This document shows, piece by piece, positions 41,565 to 52,015 of a DNA stretch of 64,000 nucleotides. Every line of letters starts with the position of its first letter. Within the stretch, counting starts at the first letter, position 1. The stretch covers positions 1 to 64,000 of the forward strand of contig JBFLGF010000177.1 in assembly GCA_050230475.1 (NCBI GenBank). The letters are read 5' to 3'. The notes beneath the pieces are model-generated. The model had not been told where the DNA came from. It saw only the letters and a list, made by a program, of their open reading frames with translations, and searched no databases. The position numbers and the translations under genes were made by a program. The DNA comes from Ancylonema sp. (taxonomy: Eukaryota).

Positions 41565-43671
41565 TGTAAGGACCCTCGCTATAGTCCCTAGGGCTCCTTA
41601 GCGAGTTCCCTAACCTAGCGCTACTAGCCTAGTGTGCTAGTAGCGAGTGTGTGTTATTGTACCGCGACTTGGGTCGCTCTAGGGAGAGCTAGAGCCCTTG
41701 TAGAGTTTTGCTATTGTTATATCGAGTGTTGATCGTTTATAGCGACTAGTTCTTGAGTTCTTGTATGCGACTTCACTTGTTCGTTTAGAGCGATACTCAC
41801 ATTTGTAGTGAAGTCGCCCCCTTAGCCAAGATTTCACTAAGTTCGAGAGTTAGGAGTGAGGATTTTTCTCACTCCCAACATCTCATGTACTCACATGCTT
41901 TATACACTTTTTCCCATCGTGCCGATTCCCTTTGTGAGTGTTCATCAAACTAGATCCTTTCCCCTCCCGGGTCTAACACTATGTTAGGAGCAAAAATTTT
42001 GTGAGGTTCTTTTTCGGCTTTTTCCACCTAGTAAGCCTCATCCTTGAGGATTTAATTCGTCAAATGCAAGAAATGAAGGCAGCTTTTTATATCCAATATG
42101 ATCGTCTTACACGTGAAAATGAGGAACTCCGTTACAAGAATAGCGCTTATGAGGAGGCCGGATTTACTAGGCCCACATTTTCTGAGTTCCAACAAATTCA
42201 TCTGGCTGATGAGTCTCCCTACACTCAGCCGTCCCCTAACCAGCAGTCCTATACCCAGCCAGCCCCCCCTCCTCCCCAGGTTGTCTACTATCCGCCTCCA
42301 CTAGCCCCTACCCCAGCCCCTGACCTGAACCTACCCCTGCCTCCTATGTTCTCGGGCAAGTCAGCAGATATGCAAAACTTCAGTTTTGGGGTTACCCAAC
42401 ACATTCTGGGCCGCCCCCTACGCTATTGCACTATCAGATCTAAACTGATTCTGGCGGGCAATCTGCTCGACGGCATGGCCAAGAGCTGGTTCCGCTCCGT
42501 CTGCGATCTAGTCACCGCAGAGCCCCCCACGAACTGCACCCTTGCAGACTTCTTCCAGGAACTCGACGACACATTCGGGGGGGGAGAGGACCAGGGAGCC
42601 CACGAACGACGCCTGCACGAGTTGCAACACACGGGATCAGTGGCTGAGCTGTCTGTTCGGTTCTGGGACATCACCAACTCCTTCCAGCCGCGCTCGACGG
42701 ACCACTCCCTGATTTTCTACTTTAAAGCCAAACTGAAACCTGCGATTCAGAGCGAGCTGGCGGGGTCTACCCAACCCCCCACCTCCGCCTTTGTGAAGGC
42801 TGCTGACCTAATCGAAACCAACCTCGCCAACAGCCGTCGCATCGACGCTGCCACCCGCAAACCGCCCTACACCCCCCCCTACCAAGCATCTTCCCCCATC
42901 CCCTCCTATCTCGAAGAAGTCACCCCCATGGAGCTCGATGGCACCCGGCGCAAACGGCTGCAGCTGGATTCCACATAATATGTTAGGCGCAAGAAGGGAA
43001 ACTTGTGCATGTACTGTGGAGGCGCCGGCCATAACCGCGACACCTGCCCGGAGAAGCTGGCCAACCAGACCCGCCAGGTCCGCTTTCTGGACACTTCCCC
43101 CGACCAGCCAAAAAACAATGCCTCCGGACAGTCCTAGGAGGGGTCTGTCTGGGCGTGGTCCATCCCCCCTCCCACCCCATCCCCAACCCAGCCCCCCAGC
43201 CCCGCCACCTGTACCTCTCGGCCAGCTGCTCCAGTACCCTCTTTCCCCCATTTCGGTAAACGCCCTCATCGATTGCGGCGCGTCCGGAAACTTCGTAGAC
43301 CCCACGCTGCTCGCTCAGCACCACCTGGCCACCAATTCCCCACCTCACACCCATCCAGGTGGAGCTGATTGATGGCAGCGCCCCGTCCGCAGGCCCTATC
43401 ACGCACTTCTACAAGGGCTTGTTGCGATGTCTGGGCTCCCATACCGAAACCCTCCAGTTTGACGTCACCCGCCTAGCCCACCTTCCCCATGGTGCTAGGC
43501 TACCCCTGGCTCCAGCGCCACAAACCCGTCCATCGACTGGCAGGCCGGCACTCTGCGGTTCACGTCCCCCCACTGTGAATGCCTGCCAGCCGCGCTGAGT
43601 CTCCCCAGCCCACTTCTCACAACCCAATCCCTCCCTCCCACCCCTGCCACCCCGATCGCCCCCCCCCCTGC
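41565..43671 (+). mobile_element. Ty3/gypsy element 1 (Tf1/Tcn1-like): 5' LTR 41565-41978, gag, zinc knuckle, protease; interrupted at 43672
   Basis: LTR TGTAAGGACCC...GTCTAACA. Gag 42001-43137 (PPMFSG, AKSWF, PMELD, CMYCGGAGHNRDTC). Protease ALIDCGASGNFVD. Confidence 0.92.
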
Positions 43672-46123
43672 TGTTAGGACCCTTGCTACAGTCACTAGGG
43701 CTCCCTAGCGAGGTCCCCACACTTAGCGCTAGAGCGCTACTAGCTCAGTTTTCCCTACATCGATTTCTGTCCCTATATAGTGAGAGTTGTGTCCCTGGCC
43801 GCCTGGCCCCTAGGGAGTATTCTGATGTGTCCTTAGCTCAGGCAGTTGTGCCTTTAGCCAGACTTGATGTGTCATTACCATATTCAGAGTGAGTTAGTTA
43901 GTTACTATCCCACATTGATCGTAGAATCGACTAGGGTCGACTTTCCTATATCTAGTCCATAGGAATGCCTCTAGAGCATTCCTATCAACTCATGTACCTT
44001 GCACTCATTCATATTTTCACCACAACCATTCCACCCGGCTCACGCCATCTTGTCCTATCCGGCATTTCGCCATCCTCTTGCTTGCACATTGCAACTAGCT
44101 TGCTAGGGACGTCTTTTGCATCCGCCCCTAACACTTTGATAGGAATTAACATTTTTTAAGAATATTCTGGATCTGAACCTCATTCAGCCGCCTTCTTTTT
44201 CATCGTCTTCCCATTCCACCATGTCTTCTCCCAATTTACAAGAAATCATGGAAGTCTTACGCCAGATGCAACAATCTCAAGATGAAAAGTTTAGAGTTTT
44301 GGCGGATAAAAACAAGGATATTAAAAGCAAATTTACAGAGCTTTCTGACCAGGTCGCTTATGAATCTAATTACATGGCTTCTACCGTCGATCCAGAGTCC
44401 CAGCCTATCTCTACTCTCCAAGACCTGGTTCCATCTGACCCTCCTAAGTTTGATGGTACATCCAAACATGTCACTACATTCTGCAACCAGGTCCGCTCTA
44501 TGCTCAGGCTCGCTCCTAAACGGTTTAACAACCCTGTCCAAACCGTCCACTACGTTGGCAATCTACTCACTGGACCTGCCTATGAGTGGTTCTCTAACTA
44601 CCTAGACGACAATGGAGACCTCTCGGACGGGTTTGGGGCAATTCGGTTGCTGAAAGATCTTTGGACTGCTTTGGGGAGGGAGACACTCGCCTCACCAAAG
44701 AACGACATCTGCGCGAGCTCAGACAAACAGGCTCAGTGTCAGACTTCACCGTCCAGTTCAAGGCAAATTGTCAAGACCTTTCCCTACTGGCCTGATCACC
44801 CCAGCATCTACACCTTCTTCGAAAAGCTCAAACCTGAGCTCCGTCGAGAGATACTCAAGGTGCAGGGCCCCCCTGAGACCTTCTCGGAGTACGTTACCTT
44901 TGTCAAGAAGGTGGAGAACAGCATGGCTGCCAGCAGTCTGGACCGACCCTCCAAACCTGCATACATCCCCCCCCAGGGCTGATCAGTTTCCCCAGCAGGT
45001 CCCCTCTCACCTCACCTGCAGATCCTATGGACATCGATGGAACCCGCCGCCAGGTCCTGAAAGTGGAACCAACTGAGATGGCTCGCCGCGTTGCTAGTAA
45101 CTTGTGCCACTACTGCGGCTTGCCAGGTCATGGCACACGGACCTCTCCCAACAAAGGCAAGGCCCGCACCGTGCGCTTCCTAGATCTGCAGCCCGCAGAG
45201 CCAAAAAAAGACCACCCCACACAGTCCTAGGAGGGGTCTGTGCGGGTCCCCTTTCCCTACCCTCCCCTTCCCCACCCCCGCCAGCTCTTGCCGGCCTGCC
45301 AGTTACTACGGTATCCCCTCCCACCCATACCTGTCAGGGTGTTGATCGACTCCGGGGCCTCCGGCAACTTCATCGATCCACAGATCCTAGCGGCAGACTA
45401 CAACTTCCCTACCCACTCCCATCTCCCCCCTATCCCGGTAGAGCTCATCGATGGCAGCCCTCTGGCTTGTGGCCCTATCACCTGCTATTTCCCAGTCCAA
45501 CTCAGATCCCCAGGCAACCATACAGAATCCATTACCTTGGATGTCACCCGACTGGCTCACTGCCCAGTCGACCTCGGCTTACCCTGGCTGCACAAGCACA
45601 ACCCCACCATCAACTGGCAGACAGGCACCCTGTCCCTCACCAGCCCCCAGTGTGCTGCTCAGTGCTTGCTATCCACTTCTTTCCCCCCATCCCTTCCCCC
45701 TCCCGATCCCCAGCCCAACCTGCAGTTTTAGACGCTGTGCATACCCCCCCAAAACCCGCCCTGTTAGCCAAGCTCCCCCCGGAGTACCACGACTTCACAG
45801 ACGTGTTCTCCGAGCAGGCTGCAAACACCCTTCCCCCCCACAGGCCCTACGACTTGGAGATCCCCCTCCTGCCTGGCAAGGAACCCCCCTAAGGGCCGAT
45901 ATACTCCTTGTCAGAGCCGGAGCTGGCCACTCTCAAAACGTACATCACAGACAACTTGGCGAACGGCTTCATCCGGCCGTCCACCAGCCCCTGTTATGTT
46001 CATTAAAAAACCTGATGGGAAGCTTAGGTTATGCGTGGACTACAGGCAGCTCAATGCAGTGACGGTGAAGAACCGCTGCCCTCTACCCCTCATACCTGAG
46101 CTGCTGGACCGCCTAAACTCCGC
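43672..46123 (+). mobile_element. Ty3/gypsy element 2 nested in element 1: 5' LTR 43672-44133, gag, protease, start of RT; truncated
   Basis: LTR TGTTAGGACCC...CCCCTAACA. Gag [26 protein letters not shown]. Protease [15 protein letters not shown] start [40 protein letters not shown]. Confidence 0.93.
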
Positions 46124-47733
46124 CAGAACTTCTAAAGTTCACCGCTCCCTCAATACTTCTTCAAATCACTTGATTTCTTCACCAAAACATTTCTTCTAAC
46201 GATTACTATAGACTGAAAAAAACGACAGACGTCTAACCAACCCAGATTTTGCACGACACCACACGTCGAGCTCCGCACTCCAACATCCGCAACTTGACGG
46301 CTCACACTTTAAACTCGGTGCTTGACAGGTTGTCAATGTTATCCAACACTCCCTCCCATTGACAATCTTCAACAAATATACTCCCTCCTGCACTCAACTC
46401 CCTCCTGCCGCTCAACTCCCTCCGACTCCTTCCATGGTTGTCACATCAGCCTCCTTCACATTGCCTTGGGTGTCTACCCGCCTTCACGCAATGCCTTCAC
46501 GGCCATCACTCTTCTTTCATTGAATTGCCTTCACTTCCTGCACGACCTTCAAATTCAAATCACTGTCTCCTTGAATCCTCCTGACTTCCACCCACTTCTT
46601 TTGGGCTTTAATTCGAACGAATTAACTATCGAATTACTTCTTGCCTTCCTGTCACAACAATTGCCACTGCCACTGCTACTGCCATTGCGTTTACTTTCCA
46701 ATTCGAACGAGTTAACGATCGAACCACTTCCTGCCTGCCTGCCTGCCTGCCACTGCGATAATTTCAAATTCGAACGATTTAACGATCGAACCACTGCATG
46801 CACTGCCTTCCTGCCAACCACTGCTTTTAAACTCGTGTGTGAATCTGAAACTTCCTCAAGTATCTCTGAACTCAGCCATGCCTCAACGAGCAACCAGGTA
46901 AACCACAAATTGAATAAACAATTTTCAATTCACACATCGCCCTCTGCACTTCTCATGACCTTCGAAACCGAAACTGCAATTTCCATTGCCCCCAAAGTAT
47001 TAGAACAACTTGCTCTGATACCATGTGATAAAAATACATGCGCCCTGCATTGCGATAATTCTATCAAAAGATAGATGATTCAATCACATTCATCCAAAGA
47101 CGACGCTCATCGAGAATACCTGAGAAACTGCCTCAAAATCAGATTATATCTTGTTGGCGTATTTCAGCCAAATGCAGTCTTACAAATGTATCTTGGCATA
47201 CAGCCGCACAAAAGTATCTCTACTCCTGTCCAGTATCTCATCACCTCTATATCGACACATGGCAGCCCTTCAACTAGTACACCTCATCTAATATACACAC
47301 CGTCACTATTATTCGACACCTACCTCCGCATCTCAGCCGAACGTGGAAACAAACACACCAATGACACGTTCCACACCTCTCTAAACCTGCACTACACCTG
47401 CTCCTGATTGTATGAACCACGTCACAACAATAATCAGTCCAATCGGATCACAGATGACACCTATCGACGCGTTCAAAGATTCTGTCCGTACGCTAAATTC
47501 TGCCACGTACTCAGAACTTCTAAAGTTCACCGCTCCCTCAATACTTCTTCAAATCACTTGATTTCTTCACCAAAAATAACGAGTACTTAAATATAGACCG
47601 AACAAAACGACAGACTTCTAACCGACACATATTCTGCACGACACCACACGTCGAGCTCCGCACTCCAACATCCGCAACTTGACCGCTCACACTTTAAACT
47701 CGGTGTTTGACAGATTGTCAATGTTATCTAACA
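46124..47733 (-). mobile_element. Non-autonomous LTR element (TRIM/LARD-like): 5' LTR 47024-47733, tRNAiMet PBS, ~675-bp noncoding interior, PPT, truncated 3' LTR 46124-46348
   Basis: Minus-strand LTR TGTTAGATAAC...TTTATCACA followed by TGGTATCAGAGCA (47011-47023). GGGAGGGAG PPT at 46349-46357. 46124-46348 duplicates 47512-47733. Confidence 0.88.
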
Positions 47734-48249
47734 GTTGAAGCCAGTGGAAAAATAGCTGGGCTCCCACTCGGTCGCTGAATAGCTGGCGTGAGCCTCGTCG
47801 TCGAACTCCTCCCCATCGCATCACAGAATGTCCCCATACTGCGCAAAGTTGGCCCTCCGCCTGGCCATCACCCGCTCAGCAATGCTGCCTGGCTCCCGCA
47901 CTCCTGGGTTCGCACCCCTTCCTTGCACCTCCTCCTCCCCTCCATCTTCACTTCCTGCATTGTTGATCCCCGACTGGCTGTCAGACAACTCAATCGCATC
48001 GATGGGTACCTCAGCAGCTTGTGGTTGGAAGTGTACGTGCGCGGGGTTGTTGGCAGCTGTTGGCGCTAGAGCTGCTGGAACTGCTGGTGCTGGCAGTGCT
48101 GACAGAACTGCTGGCATGACTTGGGGAACCGCTGCTGCTGGCACAACGGCTGCTGGGGGCTCATCGTCGGTGTCGGGAAACAGATAGAAGAAGTGTTTCT
48201 TTGCGTTGGCCTCAACCTGGGGAGCTCTCCCCCCCATCAGTTTCGGGTA
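47734..48249 (-). mobile_element. Fragment of a diverged relative of the 52016-58607 copia (IN-RT linker)
   Basis: YPKLMGGRAPQ..LSDSQSGINNAG..VMARRRANFAQYGD aligns with 54775-55340. Confidence 0.9.
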
Positions 48250-48637
48250 AATTAAATTAACAAATGACGTTTTGCCAACTGTCACATTGTATGAGGTTCG
48301 ATTCCATCGAAGCCATTCACTGTACATTAGTATTCATGATGACTGACAATAAACAAAAATTCAGAAAACCCAAGTTTGTTTTTTTTTTTGCGTTTTTTTT
48401 TTTTTTTTTTTCCAAATTAATATACATTTATATCTATATATTTATTATTTATTGTATAATATTTACTAATTCATATGACTGAAATTTACCGGATATTACG
48501 TTTACCGGGAATTTCGGCTCCGTAAGGTGTATTTTACCAATTATGCGTAAAACGTAAAAATTACATGTATTTTTACGTTACGTTACACTTTACGTACGAG
48601 TGTAAGTGTATGGTGTAATCGTTAATTTCACAACGCC

Positions 48638-48810
48638 AGGTAGGGGACGTTTATTAATTGTTCCGGGGATAAGGGACCATAATCACTTACAATTTTAGGG
48701 GTAGGGGATGGGGTAGGGGACGTTTATTAATTGTTCTGGCTCAGAACAACAACCCCTTTAACCCCTACCCCCAGAACTTCTGGGGGTAGGAGTTTAAGGG
48801 GTAAGGGTTA
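48638..48810. repeat. Direct repeat GGTAGGGGACGTTTATTAATTGTTC x2 followed by a long hairpin
   Basis: Copies at ~48639 and ~48712. Inverted repeat ACCCCTTTAACCCCTACCCCCAGAA / TTCTGGGGGTAGGAGTTTAAGGGGT. Confidence 0.7.
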
Positions 48811-48899
48811 TTGAATTAATTATTTTTGAAATTCTCAGGGTATAAATTTGGCCGAAACAATGACATTATTTTTTCTCTTTTTCTAATTCTGTATATAAA

Positions 48900-51340
48900 A
48901 AACCCACTGTATATAGTGACAATCGCTATAGTGACACACTTCATAGTGACCAAAAAATCATAGATGTTAAAATTTCGATGTCACTATCCGGTGAAACTTG
49001 TCTAAATTTGTACTTCGAAAATTAGTAACATGTCTAATATAATATAAAATATTTCGTCCGATCTCGGGTTTTCACCCAAAATCTGACATGTCAATTAATA
49101 ACCTGCCTCATTTCATTTATTTAATCGTTCCAACATTAGTCATGTAGACAGGATTTCCTACAGCGAGATGATATTATAACAAACGCCGTTTTAGATGAGC
49201 CACCTCCCTTAAAAATGCCAACCCGAATTCACTTTCTCTCGATATAGTGACATGTGCCTATTGTCGCCCTATCAAATGTCACTATTCAATGTATACTGAT
49301 AGCCCTAACATTCGATATAGTGACAATAAATCCCCATGTCTATAAAATTGTCACGACGTCAAGGCTGCACCGTAACTCCAATAACTCCAATGAATATTCG
49401 TGATCAACCCTTGGATTAATAACCCCAAATATATATTGAAAGACGGTAACAATGATTATAAATTTATGATGTCGAGTCTGAGGAAAGATCTTTATTTTGA
49501 CAGGTCATTAACTAACACGTCGAATTTCAACCGAAATCGGGCGGAAGGTTTTTTATGACATGACTTAATAATTGGAGCCGGAAGTACTCGGTATTGATCC
49601 GGTATTAATGATAATCCCATGATAATCCCATGATAATCCCATGTGATTATTACACTTTTTGACATGATTGAGCACAATTGGGTGTTCACTTGTTAATACA
49701 CAAGCTTCCTCGATACCGTGACACAAAATTGATTTGTTATTGGTATATGTTGTTAGACGTTGTTAGCGGCACTTTGTTTTAGCGACATACTATTTGAGGT
49801 TTTCTTGTCGACACATCTAGAAAAGAACGTGGTAGGCATAGCCTATCACGTTCACATGGTGCCTACTAGGCACCGTGTGCATGAGCTCAAAGTACGCTTA
49901 TGATACAAAACCGCGTGCTTGAGCGCAAAATGAGGGCACTCGGGAAATGAAGGCAGTAGACCTTCATTTTAAGACTTCCAAACTTGTCTTTGTGATTGTG
50001 GGTTATGAAACCTGATAATACTACCATAATACAACCATAATGAATCATTTGGATGCTCAATATGCGTCCAAATTTTTACCGTTTGCGTAGCGCATACAAC
50101 TTTAAGCTACTTTGCTTACGACACTCGTGCACCCTCGCGCAAATTAAGAGTCCAATTTGAGGAAAATCAAGAGAGTCATAATAGGAGGAGATCGAAAAGC
50201 ACAAAATACGTAACTCAAAGAAATTGTGTGCATTCAAAGTTGTAAGGCGCAATTGCGTGGATTACCAAATATTACTGACATTTGCCTAGCGCGTTACCGA
50301 GTTCAATCAATGGAAACGTTATCATCACTCCACTTCACGTTTATCAATACCGTACCCACCATCCTTAACGACTACTTTCACATATCCGGCAATAAATTTT
50401 CCCGAATATCCGCGTTCAGACGTGGAAAACTGGTAATTGCCCTTGAACGCGTGAAACGATAACCGTACCGTCATGACCCGGATTTTTCAAGAAAATAGAA
50501 AATAAACCACCATATGACCCACCCGCGCACCCAATATAAACTTTCCCAAACTCTAAGTTATTATATATTATATTGCTATTATATTATTATATTGGTGACC
50601 CACATATAGAATCACGGTCACCCTATAATCTGGATGATTCTATCACCTAGATTAACCAAGTGAATTCTTTCATTGACCCGACACGCCCTTCTCATAATCC
50701 GACCACATATGTATTTTGAGTAAAAAACCGAATAAAATCGATTGTATGATGTTGACTCACTACACCATTTCGGAATTTATGGCGTGACCCAACCCCAAAA
50801 AATGATTTATTTAATCCGACACGACCCACCCTTTCAACAATTATTGAAGGGTCGTTATGTATGGCCAGTACGGTATACCGTGACCCGGCAAGCAAAATGA
50901 CCCACCCCAAAACAACACGGAATTTAAGCCGCACCGCACTGCACTATTTATGGTATTGTGAACCTTGGGGCGGTAACTTTCGGCCGTCTATTTTTTTCGG
51001 GAATTTTTTTATTTGATATTTCACCACACTGTTCTCTTAACACTAAAAAAAAGGTTCACTTTCCTAAACCTCAAATTTATTCGCCGTTCATCCGTTCACT
51101 TTACACTAAAAAACCCGTTCACTTTCCTTGATCTTAAATTCATCTGCCGTTCATCGAATGAACTTCATCCGTTCCGTTGACACTAAAAAAATCGTTCACT
51201 TTCCTTAATCTTAAAATTCATTCCCCATTCCTCCGTTCACTTTACACTAAAAAACCGTTAACTTTACTAATTCTAAAATATATTTCCGTTCATCCGTTCA
51301 TCCGTTCAAAAGTCTTATCTCGGTAAAATTCGTTGTCGGG
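48900..51340. repeat. Cluster of MITE/DNA-transposon remnants with subterminal motif arrays (ATAGTGAC; TGACCC; CCGTTCAC)
   Basis: ATAGTGAC array 48910-49330, TGACCC array 50470-50905, CCGTTCACTT array 51050-51310. Confidence 0.55.
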
Positions 51341-51353
51341 TCTAGATTGCAAC

Positions 51354-51761
51354 CATAGTGGGTCCCGCTCCGTTCGCGGAATTCGCGACCCCGGCTCCGA
51401 GCCGGCGCGCGTCCGCGACCCGCCTGGCAAAAAAACAAACATCGAAATGCGACTCAATACAAATCCTCCTCTGCGAAATAGGTAGTTTCTAGTCACCCGT
51501 AACTTCGGGCAGTACGTCCGGAATCTAATAACCATATTCTGATGGTTACTGTGTCCGTCAGATCCAGAGTAATGAAACAGTCTTACGCAAGGTTGATATT
51601 CCACCGCTCAGCGAGGGACGGGGCTACCATTTGTTTTTTATTTATTTTTTCCTGTGGGTCCCGCTCCGCTCGCGGATTGTGCGAGCCCGGCTCCGAGCCG
51701 GAGCGCGCTCGCTCCGGCTCCGAGCCGGCGCACATATTTTCCGGCTCGGGGACCCACTATG
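51354..51761 (+). mobile_element. hAT MITE (408 bp) cognate to 4597-8712
   Basis: TIR CATAGTGGGTC/GACCCACTATG. Perfect 8-bp TSD ATTGCAAC. Shared subterminal sequence. Confidence 0.97.
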
Positions 51762-52015
51762 ATTGCAACCCTGTAGAGCCTACAATGCAAACTGCAACAT
51801 ACTCTCATAAGGAGGAGACAAGGAAAGCAAGAAACGCAAGGAGAAGGAGAGGGTGGACGAGGTCAAGGTGGATGTAGAGGAGATGGAGGGTAGGGGGGAG
51901 AAGGGCGGGGAACACAAGTTGCACGTCTGGTTGATGGACTCATTGGAGGACGAGGACGAAGAGGACGAGGATGAAGAGAACGAGGACGAGAAGGATGAAG
52001 TGGAAGAGTAATGAA

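Noticed and set aside
47821..47826. TGA-TGC read as selenocysteine-Cys
   Set aside because: It lies in a disordered retrotransposon linker and no SECIS was identified; ordinary recoding or decay is far more likely.
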